64,000 nucleotides of DNA. Origin: Polymyxa betae A26-41 (taxonomy: Eukaryota; Protista; Endomyxa: Phytomyxea). The DNA is taken from NCBI GenBank assembly GCA_003693705.1, contig RBZT01000594.1, forward strand, positions 1-64,000, written 5' to 3'. Both the position numbers and the translations under genes were made by a program. This document shows, piece by piece, positions 12,419 through 24,441 of this stretch. Below the pieces are notes generated by a model that was not told the DNA's origin, did no database searches, and saw nothing but the letters and a program-made list of their open reading frames with translations. Every line of letters begins with the position of its first letter. The first letter of the stretch is position 1.

Positions 12419-13297
12419 TTAAGCAGTCCTTTTGATAATATGAATACCGGAATCAGTTCGTACAGGCTCGCTCAGATCTCCAACTTGTAATGCGAATGTC
12501 GCCATCTCAAACGCCGGCTGCATCTTCCCGCGACCAAATCGGCCCAGATCGCCTGCATAGAAAGCCCTCAATCCACTCAATCGCCAATCAGATAACATCT
12601 CATACCGCCACGTGAATGGCTTGAACATTCGCTATGTTCTTTTGCGATATCCTCGAACGTGTCTTCACCATTAACAACACGCTGACGGAAACCTTTAATG
12701 ATTTCGAGCGCTTCATCCTGAGTCCTGGTTACAGTGTCCTGCTTCCAAGACGATGGACGTCGAGAGTCACGATGCTTCACCAGGATATGGCTCGCACGAA
12801 CCGAATCAACTTCCTCGGCCGCCAATTTCCTCTTCTTCGCCCTAACAAAACTGAGAAAACCAATGATAGCGGAAAGTAAACACGAACTGTTGCTGTTGCT
12901 GTATACCATGCAATGACACAATATATTGACGAGTCGATTTCCCGAATGTAATAGCATCACCATCCTTCAACGTCTGAGGTTCATTGGGCGTCAATTTGAC
13001 CCGGTTCAGACAGGTCCCAGATTCGGAATCTACGACGGCATCAGCAGATCAGCCCCAGGGGCCAGTACCAGGATTCACACCTAGGTCGGAGATCTGTAGC
13101 TCGCCATCGCTGCCAATAGTGACGGCGGCGTGAGGGTCGGAGGCCGACGGATGGACCAGGACGATATCGGCCTGGTCGGAGCTGGCTCCGAACGTCGTGC
13201 ATTGAGCGACACCGATGGCAATGTCCTTGTAAGGCTTGCCATCCCGCAAGACTTGCAGGACGGCATGCGGATGGCGACAATTGGTCGTGCTGGACAT
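12419..13297 (-). CDS. FHA domain + Pin1-type parvulin peptidyl-prolyl isomerase (Par42/PinA-like), 3 introns
   Basis: Spliced FHA: ...[13 protein letters not shown]...[17 protein letters not shown]...[16 protein letters not shown]. Parvulin: [20 protein letters not shown]...[31 protein letters not shown]...[11 protein letters not shown]. Confidence 0.92.
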
Positions 13298-13611
13298 GAC
13301 TCGGTGATCACGACGCAGTTCTGGTGATGATGATCCCGGACGATGATGATAACATTGAATTAAGATAAAACACAAGTTGCTGAGTTTCAACAGATATTGT
13401 CGAGCAGTGTTAGATAGGAATATCTGAAAGCATTTCTGAGGCTTCAGGAAGTTCAAACAATTAATACGAGCACAAGCGATGATCGATTGGCGCGCGAACA
13501 AGCGTTTTTGATTGTATCAAAGGAAAGTATAGAGCATAAACCCATTGGGTTGGGTGCTATCCTCGATGTATATTCAGGTATTATAGCAATATAATGAGCA
13601 GTAATAAGTCA

Positions 13612-14158
13612 TTATACCCGGTATGGATTCATCTTTTGTTGATGACGCTCTGTACGCTTGCCAGCCTCGATCAGAGCCATGGACCCGCTAATCAGAACAG
13701 TTAAGAAAGCAGCAGCTGAAACCCCCGTCTTCACACTATTAGCTGCCAATATGTTCACTTAGAACCAGGATCTATTGAACTTCCAGCAAGCAAATACCAT
13801 GAAGACCAATAACTGTTCCAGCAGCAGAACAAGCAGCAGCTTGAGAGATGAGATCACGAGGACCAGCTTGACGAGCATCTTGCACGAAATTCTTCGTGAA
13901 TGCATAAGCAGCACCGGACGTAGCAAAGAGTATTGACGATCGCCCTGCATGATACATTGTATTCTATACAGAACTTCAGAGCTGGCAGCCAACGCCAATA
14001 CGAACGAGAATTGAGTCGACCTGAATGAAAGGAGCATGTCGACCAGGACGTCCAACAGGGACATCTGCCCAGATAGCCCTGAGCATGCCCATGACAGCCC
14101 CGAGACCAGCACCTAGAGCCCCGGTTCGTATCGGCTCTATATTGGAATCGTGACCCAT
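13612..14158 (-). CDS. Tim17/Tim22/NDUFA11-like small multi-TM mitochondrial membrane protein (2 introns)
   Basis: Gly/Ala-rich TM helices (TGALGAGLGAVMG; ILFATSGAAYAFTKNFVQDAR..RDLISQAAACSAAGTVIGL); last exon ends KMNPYRV*. Confidence 0.6.
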
Positions 14159-14291
14159 CGTAAAGATGATGACCTTCTAAAGCCGAAAAGATCAAATCGC
14201 ACTTTTCAAAGTTTGGCGCTCTCGTCATACATAGTCATAGAGCATTATAAGATGATAATCTGTCTGTCGAATATTATGAGATGATAATCTG

Positions 14292-14312
14292 TCTCTCTCT
14301 CTCTCTCTCTCT
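14292..14312. repeat. (TC)n microsatellite
   Basis: About 10 TC units, preceded by a duplicated gatgataatctgtct segment. Confidence 0.9.
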
Positions 14313-14465
14313 TATATAATACTTCATTACATGCAGTACAGACAGATAACATCTCTCTCAAAACTCCATAGCAGATGAACCCATATCCAGTGATGTCAAT
14401 TGCTCTGTACTTGTGAATTTCGCCAGGCAATTGAGGAGAATTGAATATGTTTTTTATTGCCATTT

Positions 14466-15545
14466 CTACAGCCTAAATTCTAGACGAAATTCGATCTGGA
14501 TCTGATCGTCGACGACCAGATCCACAAAGGAATTCCCCAGCTGGTGTATAGGGAAGACTGGAATCTCCTGAACGTCACCAAACCGATTCCATTCTGTATC
14601 TAGTTTACAGATTTAGAACATTGCTGAGACGCTCTATCACCCAATCCAACCATACCGTAGAGTGATTCTTTCGAACATGGTGGCAGGATGCGGATTCGGA
14701 GAGGGAAGGTGGTAGATGCTGGCCCAGATAGAAGACATAGGCGAAGTCGATAGAATCGTGGTGCAGAAGATTGATATGGATCAGGGAGTAGATGGGATTC
14801 CCATTGGTAGGTAGCCATATGAAACTGTTTTGAGCATTGATGGAATACACGATCTGGTATAGGTATGGCCATTTCTATTGACCGATATCGGGCTGGTTCA
14901 ACTACAGCTGATGAGCTCAGACATTGCTGAGCTGATTGTTGAAGTTCAGCTGATAATCGATCTAATTGTATGGAGTCGAATGGAGTCCATCGTGCCCATT
15001 GAACAAATGGTAGGAAATATGATAGGTTGCGAGCTCTCTCAGCTTGATTGGCGATCCATCGCTGCAATGCAATTAGTATAGAAGATTCCCATTGAACGAA
15101 TAAAAAGGGGGACTGAATGATTTCCAGCAGATCATGTTTGCCTAGCTGTATGAAATCATCTTCTTCAACAATAACGTCGAATAGCTGTGCTATGTGCTTG
15201 ATCATCTTATCTACATCTTCACCAATACATGAATACATCGCGAAAGCGATCAATAAGCTCCCCTGACATTCTGGCTTCTGAACAAATTCCAGCAAAAACT
15301 TGCAGAATTCCGCTTGTGATCGTGTTGAATTTAGCAGATCCTGGATAATGGTTTCTTGCTGCAGTATTGGAACCTGATCAGGTAATTGCAGCCATTGCTG
15401 AATCAATTGACGGCTTCGTGGACCTGAGAATAAACGATGCAGATAGAGTGAACGTGCCCTTGTTGAAACCATCAAACGAATAAGAGATAACTTAGTGGGT
15501 ACGTCATTGAAGATACAGTTTCAGGGTCACGTGATCTGACAACAT
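14466..15545 (-). CDS. BACK-domain (BTB/BACK-like) protein; 5' end uncertain
   Basis: DDFIQLGKHDLLEIIQSPFLFVQWESSILIALQRWI resembles the BACK domain; last exon ...DDQIQIEFRLEFRL*. Confidence 0.55.
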
Positions 15546-15686
15546 TCTTATCTATGACCTTTCATCATTTTCAAACAATCGGTTGTGGATGCTCCTAACC
15601 TGCCTGACAGTTGCTCTGATCGTTTATTTCAATTTGCGGTTAAGACTAATGTGATTGGAAGAAGGCTGACAAGCATGAAATCCTGG

Positions 15687-17000
15687 CACCCGCGTCTTCG
15701 CTCGTTTTACCATAATGATTTGTAATAATCTGAACCAATTGAATTCGGGTCATCGAATTACTGGTTAATGAAAGCAGAAGCCAAAGAGGATGAATAACGC
15801 TAAGCAAGGCGATTATAATGATATAGAAACACACCAAATGAATCTTAATTGCATTTAGACACTCAATGAAAACTGGCATTCAATGTTCAGCGGTCGTCGC
15901 TGGAACTGCAATGTATTGTCTAACATAGCAAAGGATTTATTACCCATTGATCGTCAGCTATTCCGATATTTAGCAATCCCTTCGCTTTGGTCACACTTCA
16001 ACCTAATGGAAAACTGCAAAGCGAATTGTGGTTGGGGTATTCTCAGACCGATTGATCAGGCTCTCGGCATCACTCCGGTCGCTGATTTTCTGGCAGAGTT
16101 GCAATCGCTACCTAACTGTCTGGTGCCTAGATGCAATGATGGCATCAAACATTCTAACATCAGCGATCTGGAATGTTTGGAATCCCTGCGGTTTCCATTT
16201 GTGGTGTCGTCTATAGACAGCTGCCTTCTGTTTTGTACAATATCCTGAACCTAGATTGAACTGGATTCGACGTCCGGTAGTTTGGTGATATTTGTCAACA
16301 AGCGGCGTAACGTTTGGCAATTGAGCATGAAGAAACAAGATTGAACAATCCAGTGTTGGGCCTGGAAGGATAGTTGTAGATGCAAGATCGGCATAAACAA
16401 CGTCGAATCCGTTTCTTCCATTCCTCAACCATACATTATGCCCGAATACGGTGATAATTTCTTCCGCTTTTGATCGATGTTTGAGGATTTCAGAATTAGA
16501 GGCTCTATTACGGTTTCTCGTCGCGGTCCTTCCAAATAGCTGTTCGGGGCAAAACAGGTTTGAGTTGGAGTGCAGCAGCCGGAGGAACGCGTGTATACAA
16601 TGTGCTGATTCTTTCGTACATCCAACTCAGCTACATAGTTTCTTTCGGATCGTTTCTCGCGAGATTATCCACAAAAGAAGTGTATAAAACCGCAAGCTAG
16701 TATCGATGGCATTTGTGTAAACATTGCCTGAATCCTCGGCGATAACAGTTTTGCAAGGATCATTCTCGTGTGCAAACCCGACGAGCTCTGGGTCGCGAAG
16801 TTTGGGAAAGGGGCCGCGGATTGTCAGCCGATGATTGCATCAGCCTTCGCCTTGCATTGCTGCAAGCAATCCCGTGTCGGGTCTTTCATCGTCGCCACAA
16901 CAATAGGAATTCAATCTTCTTTTGGGTTTGTGCCTTTCTTCAGTATGCGATTGCAACCTGTGATGGTCACATGTCATGTACAGAGACAGCGAAGATCTAA
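15687..17000 (+). CDS. Possible multi-exon hypothetical protein (structure unresolved)
   Basis: Several ~45-65 nt GT..AG segments on the + strand separate protein-like exons (e.g. ISELEALLRFLVAVLP, LSADDCISLRLALLQAIP). No family recognised. Confidence 0.3.
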
Positions 17001-17114
17001 GTGAGAGACTGTTAAGAGATAGACATCAGATAGATAGCGCGCGCTTTTTCAAATTCTCTTTCGTTTTTGCACATTTCTGAAACTTTCGGTTGGCTGATCT
17101 ATAGCTGGCCGGCG

Positions 17115-20100
17115 ATGTTCTCCCCGATACACACCGGGTCTCGTTTAGTTCGTCGTCGTCAATCTGCTTCGTACCAAATCCGGAATCTAGGATCTGCATG
17201 CCGCTGACATGTCCTTAGGGATGATGAGAACGATGACGAACCATCGCACCAGCCATCGTCGTTAATACGTCGTTTAATGTTTACAACACAAAGTTGTATG
17301 ACTCCAGGACGGGCATTGAAAAGGCCAAATTCACGTTCTGAATCGGTTAAGGTAACCAGCTGAGGGCTACACGCCTAATGAGTAATACGATCGGCAGGTT
17401 TATTTAAGGATTCGACCGAACGATAATCAGAATATAGACGTGAAAGATAACGAGTCTTTGTGTATGAGACATCCTCAAACGGGAACTGTTAACACATACA
17501 GATTCAGTCGTGTTTTCGACGCAAATACGTCGCAATCGACATTATTCCTTGAGACCACAGCACCTCTTGTTGATTCTTTATTCCAAGGTTATAACGCCTT
17601 GATATTCGCATATGGAATCACGAATTCGGGCAAGACATATTCCAGTATGAAGCAAGTCATATATGAGATCCTTGCACCATTGATGTTCTGATAGTTCTGG
17701 GCAATCAATCAGATCCTGGCATCCTTCCTCGAACTACAAAATACTTATTCAATTCGATCGCAAAGTCGAGTATGGATCAGATTTCAATTAAGGGGATTTC
17801 TGATGGCTCAATTCTATCCATAGATCAAGCTATTGATGTATATGCCAGCTATTTAGAGGTCCATAATGATATCTTGATCGACTTACTGCCAGGAGAGGAG
17901 AAATCGAAACCATTGTCTCTAATCGCCAACAAAACAGGGCATGTCTTTGTCAAGTAATGTTGTATTGTTTATCTAACAGTCAGCCTGACAATTTATTGTC
18001 AGAGGACTTCGAGAGGTGAAGATTGAAAGCGAAGCAGATGCCGAGCTAGTCATTAATGAAGGGACTCGTCATCGGAAATGTGCCCAGACTGCTTTAAACA
18101 CGTCCAGCAGTCGTTCGCATGCTGTAATTACCGTTGATTTCCCAACTTACTTCAACTTAATTCTTTAAAGCTATTCTCGCTGAAGCTGGTCCGAGCTGGA
18201 ACCAACAAAGATACTGATGGCATCATCAGCAAGCTCTGCATCGTCGATTTAGCAGGAGCTGTAGAGATACCGATTTTGATTTTCTTTCGTGATTTAAAGC
18301 AATGAAAAATAGGAACGAACGTCGCGTGCGAAGAACGTTGATGAACAGCGATGCCGAGAGACAAATAATATCAACAAGTCTTTGATGCAGTTGGGACGAT
18401 GTTTAGAAGTGGTACGTTGGAATCAGCAACATTCTGATTGTAAGGTGAGTAATGAGAGTCATGACGCAAAATTCGTTAATGAGAGAGTGACTGCTGTTAT
18501 CAGGCGCGCCCTGTTCCAGTAAGCAGATCGTGTCTAAGTTCAATGACACGTTTAACATAAACTTAGTGGAGGGACTCCAAAATCTCCCGCCTGTTCAAAG
18601 ATTATTTAGTCGGTGGCTGGGGTCGAGCTGTTATGGTTGCAACTGTCAATCCCGATCCAGTCGACCATGACGAAACCTGTCATGCGCTGAAGTTCGCTGC
18701 TTTGGCAAGTGAAGTTGAGAGCATCTCGAAAGTGCCATAGCCAATATGCAGTCATCTAATTATATCTGAGACTTTTATGACAGGTTGATCATGGTCAGGC
18801 TCAGACGCAGAGTGACGAAGGTCGAGAGAGTTCCGAAGATTGTCCAGATCGAGAAGAGGAGCTACTTGAGGAGATCTACCATCTCAAATTGCAACTTCTC
18901 GATTGCGAACGACGGTGAGCTGTCACATTTAAACTTTAAATCATTTTTGATTGAGACTGTGGCAGTCGCTGTGCAATTGAGGCTGAAACTCGAAATGCTG
19001 TATGCAACGAGCTGCAACTGCAGGCTCAAAGAAGAGAAGCAGAATTTCGAGCTCAGCTGGAAGAGACAGAAGAATGTGCTCGCGCTCGTGCTGAGAAGCG
19101 CTTTGAGATGTGGAAAAGACGAATGATCACCGAATCCGGTTCTGCTATTGATATTGAAGGGGCCATCCAAGTTGCTAAGCAGAAGGTAATTTTGTTAAGG
19201 GGGATGGATGTTGTAGTATCTAACACATTTCAGGCCGAGGAAGATGCTGAAAGAAAATTTTCAAAGCTTCACAATGAATATATGGCTAATCAAGCGAACC
19301 TTAATGAAATTCAGCGTCGTTACGAGGAGCTTCAGAATCAATTCATCGTGATTCGCAATGAACGCGATGCAGCCGTGCAGTTTCGAGTCACTCATGAAAA
19401 TGTGATAAACAATGCTCAATCGCATGTCGAAGAGCTCATGGACAAACTCGACGTGGCCCTTAAAGACATCGCTGAACGGAATGTATCTAGTCTGAGACAT
19501 GCGCATCTAGAGCTCTGACATCTCCTAACCAGGCTGCTTTCGAAGAGCAAAAACGTATTATTGCATCTTCTAAGCAGACTATCAACAGTCTTAAACAACA
19601 GAAGGCAGAGCTTGAGTCCTCGTGTCAAGAGGCTGAGCGAAAAGCCGCCGATGCAGAGAAAAAGGAAGCCAGTTTGAAGAAACGTTCTGAAGTCAACCTA
19701 AACAAGGTCGTCGCCACCGAGCATGCTTTTATCACGTTTTCATTATCCATTTAGGCCACCGCTTTACAGAAGAAGATCACATCCTTGACATTGACTGTCG
19801 AAAAACTTGAGCAAGAGGTAAGCCTTGATTTGTACCCATTTCATCTGACATGACCTTTATTATAGCTTTCTGAAAAAACAGCTTCTACGAGCGATTTTAT
19901 GGAATCTAAAGATGAATTGGAGTCGATGACCTCTGAGCTGAAGTCTCAGCTTGACAAGGCTCGTTCAACAGAATCTGGATTGCTTGACGATATCAAGAGA
20001 CTACAAGATGAGATCCAGGTGAGGCCGACAAACAGAATGCAACCTCATCAGGAATACTGACAATATGCAGATGCGCTCACATAAACAAGCTGAACTGGAA

Positions 20101-23100
20101 AAGACTGTCTCGAATCTGGCCAGCCTCTCAGCGAGTCAAGGTACGCCTACCTGACTTCTGCAATCGTGCATTTCCGAGTCCAGTTCCTATAGGCGAAATG
20201 ACGGCTCGTCTTGGCAAAGAAAATGATGTATTAAGACAGAAATTCACTGAGTTTGAATATGAATCACAGAAAGGAGCTGACTGCCTGAGAGCCGCTCTGC
20301 GAAAGTTGCAGGTACGACTTACCTGTTTACTAGCCTTAATCAACTCACGATCATTCAGGAATCTCACTGTGATTGCGAGTTAAAGCTATCTGTAATAATT
20401 CGTTTTAGCTGGTTCACGAGTTTGACTTCGTTCAGGTCATCAACAAAGAGAAAGACGATTTATTCATTCAGCTCACAGAATTACAGGTTCTATTTTGTTG
20501 ATTTCATTATCTGTCAAAAAGTCTAATGTCTTTTTAGGAAGAAAAGCATGGCATTAATCTTCATAATACGAAACTGTTCGAAGATATGACTCTCCAACGT
20601 CAGAAGCTTGAACAGGATGTTGCTTCTCTATTGGTGAAATTGATATTGGCGATACATGTCTGTCTGCTTATGATCTGGTAGGGAGTCAAAAGAGAAAATT
20701 CTGAATTGATGCAAAAGATTGAGCAACTTGAAGTATCACAATGCGTTATAACACATTTCGTAATATCAACGATGCTGTTTTTAGAACGATTTGAAGGTTG
20801 ATCAGGAGCAGCTCAGTCGACTAGCAGAACTTGAGTCCTCTTGTGCGGAACTCGAATCTTCTTGTGCAGAACTCCAGGTTTATACTGTCGAAGCTTTCAA
20901 GTGCTTATCCTAACAGTATATTTGCAGAACCTTCAAGAGGAAAACCGTTCATTGAAAGATGAAGTGGCCAGGTTGCAAAAATTGAAGACACGGGAGTTGA
21001 AAGAACTGCAAAAAAAGATTAATCAACTTGAATCCGCTGCAAAGAAACAAGAAGTAAACTCTTTGCTGTTGTCAATTTAAGTTTGAAAATATTTCAGGGA
21101 AAAATCGAAAAGGAGAAGCTGTCGCTACAGCGGTCGCTCAGTGCTCTTGATTCCGATAATACGAAGGTTTAGCCGATTTCTTACTGTTTAATTCAACCGG
21201 TGACTGTTGTCGAAGGCGGAGGCAGAAATTTCCAAGTTGAAATCTGAATTAGAAGACGCTTTACTAAAGGTTAAGGTTGGTGATTAATGGTTATGTTATG
21301 ATACGATTACGATCTATGCACAGAGTTTAGAATCAGAGCGACACAATCTGCACAGTCGCATTAATGCTCTGAAAGTCGATGCGGATGTATGACTCTCACT
21401 GTCAAAACGACGGACCTCTAACCTGCTATGATACAGGAGAACGAGAAACTTGTTAAACGCCTGGATCAGACAATCTCAACTTTGCAAGCTGAACTGGAAC
21501 ACTCTAAAAAGGTATTTCGCGCAAAACCGCGTTTATTGAATCTTTTGGGCTAAGTGAACTTCTCAGGAGATTGCCACGAAGTGCCAGGTGCGTCTGAGCT
21601 ATGTGATTCCGATTCATGTTGAGTTCATACCCGTAGGATATGGATATGTCTAAGTCTGTGATGCAGTCTGAATTTAACGAGCTCTTTTCGGAGCTGAAAT
21701 CCCACAAGGTAACCTAACGCTGCTCCAGTCTAAGCCAAATCATCAAGCAATTCACTTTAGGATAAAGAAGAAACCTTATCGGCGCAACTTGCTGCTATTT
21801 CTGAAGATGAGGATGTATGCTGGTACTGCAACTACTGCTTACGAATCACTCACGCTCGCTCTTGCAGAAACTAGAGGCCGACGCTGTTGCCATCAATGCC
21901 CGAAATAAGGTTCATTAGTCTCCTTCAATCTCATCAGTTTTTCTAAGTGACGTTAGGAGCTTCAGCAAAAAGTAGAAGATCTTCATACAAAACTGGAAGT
22001 ATCGCAAAGCGATGTGGCGGAGAAGGAGGTCTAAATGTGGTTTTGAACGATAATTCCTGCCTCATTGTTTCGCAGAACCTTGCGAAAGAAGTTAAGCTTC
22101 TGCAAAAGAAGGTAGCATCGCTTGAATCTCAACTCAACAAGAAGCCGGTAAGGCACTCTTTTTCTTAAACCCTTCTCTCTCAGTTCTATCAAACAGCGAG
22201 TCACAAAAGAGAAGGCAGCATTGCAAGATCGCATTTCACAGCTAGAGATTGAGGCAGCCAAATACGCTGTATGGCATGTTTGCCTCTTCAAATTGGATTT
22301 GATGAATGTGCGCAGGATGCTCAGGAAGAAATTCAGCAACTTCAGCAACAAATATCAGAGCTTAAATCTAAAGAGGAGGCACTCAGCCAGCTCACCAAGG
22401 ACAACGAGACTTTACTGCAACGAATTCAAGAATTCGAAACTGCTGCGGAGAGACGTCAGGTATCTGGCCGTCCATCGAAGAACTGCAGCTGCTGACTTTT
22501 TGGTTGAAGCGAATCGAACTTGAGAAACAAGCGCTTCAAAAACGAATCGCTGAGCTGGAATCCACTGAAATTGATGTGGGGGTTTTGTATTGTTGATTCA
22601 ATTCGTTCTTATTTTTTTTTTCAGAATCTATCAATGAACCCTGTGGATACAGCAGCAATAGGCGGTCCTGTACCTGCTGATGATATGAGTCTATCAGCAC
22701 CGCCATCCTCTTGCAAGAAGCCCGTCTTTGCTGATAAATCCAACCGACCTCGAGAAATTGTCAAGGCAACTAAAGTAATTTCGCATTTTTGGGTGTTGTT
22801 CTGTTACTCTGACACAATTGCAGATAATCTCAGCGGCAGACCAGGAGAATGCGGCTCCAAGAACGTTCGGAAAGAGGAGCCGGGCGGTTCTAGAAGCAAA
22901 CCTGAAGTGGTCCAGTATATTAACCAGTGATCCATTTGATGTAGGCTTGACATCGAAGTAGTAAGTTATCAAATAGTAAATGATATATGTAGGATATCGC
23001 CAAGAAAGACCCAGAGCCGGAACTGAAACGGAAATCGACAAGGAAGCCAGCTAAAGAGAAGACTAGCCCAGTAGCGGCGACTCGACGAAGTACAAGAAGT

Positions 23101-23109
23101 GGGCGATAA
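17115..23109 (+). CDS. Kinesin-6-like motor (KIF20/MKLP type) with a long coiled-coil tail; roughly 35+ short introns
   Basis: VYLRIRP; P-loop FAYGITNSGKTYS (GxTNSGKT as in KIF20); NTSSSRSHA; IVDLAGA/ER; NINKSLMQLGRCL; WRDSKISRLF; ETCHALKFA. Confidence 0.9.
20830..20877 (+). repeat. 21-bp tandem duplication in a kinesin coiled-coil exon (LESSCAE x2)
   Basis: cttgagtcctcttgtgcggaa / ctcgaatcttcttgtgcagaa, one heptad. Confidence 0.7.
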
Positions 23110-23184
23110 TATTGTGTGTATATAATAATATAGACTATATCTAGATAATAGCTACAGTATTTGCTGAAATAAAGATAATGCTAA

Positions 23185-24275
23185 TTAGAGTTGAAATGGG
23201 TCCTGATCTTGAACCTGAGGACAAATTGTGAATTCAATCCAATTCTTAATATGATTATGTTCTGATCCACGTATAGAATGTTGCAGAAGAAGCATACCCT
23301 GGGAATTCATTCGAATATTGGTTTGTTCGGCCATGCACAAGGCCTTCATTGTAGGACGTATCAACTACACATCCGCATCATCAGCGAATCGTTATGAAAT
23401 GATCCAGAATCACTCTTACGTGAATGGAATATTGGAATGTTGCTTGTTTCTCACAAGACAATACTGGGAATATATCAGGTTCATTGGGCAATACGAACTA
23501 TATGTAATCTCATTAGAATGCCACAAGATCAGTAATCTCATACTGACCTCACAACGAGCAAATACGCTGATGGATGTGAACTTCACATGTGGATATGTCG
23601 GTGACATTTGTATCTCGATAGATTGGGATCCCGGGACGTCCATCTCCAACAGCGCATCACGAAGATAACACGACTAGACAGCGATAACTCAAGGCTTGAT
23701 CGCGAGCGTAATACAAACAAATACTTTGACAATAGCCCGATTGATAATCGTACAGCTTCGGAAACTGAAATCGGTGACCGGGACAGGTTCCAATGTGTTG
23801 ATCTTACATTCGGTGACGACGCCCTGATCCTCCAATCTAATAACAGTCTTAGCTGCGATCTCTACTAAGAGAAGTTGTGATACAGAAATACAAGCGGATG
23901 TCCATGTCCTGTATATGCCATCTCAATATTTACGGATTTATCAGTAAATATGGTCAAACATCGATGTATGAGAGAGAGATTCACACGAATCTCACATGTC
24001 TCATTCACTTCATAATCATCGAGTAATTCCTTCTTCAGATACGCTCTCACCTTCATCCATATTAGCCAATCTCGTAATAATCCATTGAATCTCTGCACCT
24101 GAACAGATTTAACCCGATCGACAACGATACGAATGCCGGCCTGATTGAAGAGCAGGATCCCGATCGCATCCTTCTTCTCGAACAGAAGCGCGGCGATGAT
24201 CGACGCAAGAGCAGTCGAAGACGTCATCTTAAACGAGACGATCGCCACTTGGTCATCTTCCTGATCGGAACTCAT
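23185..24275 (-). CDS. RAD1: 9-1-1 checkpoint clamp subunit Rad1 (several introns)
   Basis: GIRIVVDRVKSVQ/VRAYLKKELLDDY; VNLSLIHRCLTIF; YTGHGHPLVF; VVTECKINTLEP; KALCMAEQTNIRMNSQGMLLLQH. Confidence 0.88.
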
Positions 24276-24441
24276 TCCACAGCAATCACCATTCCATTTG
24301 GAAATAACGTTTTGTGTATAAGAAAAAACCAAGAATTCAATTTTGTACGCAACTTTTCGGATTTGCAGTTGTCTTGGACTTTTTTGCAAACATCTTTTTA
24401 CTCAAATCTCAGCGCACTTTCTTCATTCAAAACGATTTTTT

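Noticed and set aside
17035-17055. gcgcgcgctttttcaaa as a CDE/CHR-like cell-cycle element upstream of kinesin-6
   Set aside because: The motif is short and common and its arrangement is non-canonical, so it cannot be supported from one instance.
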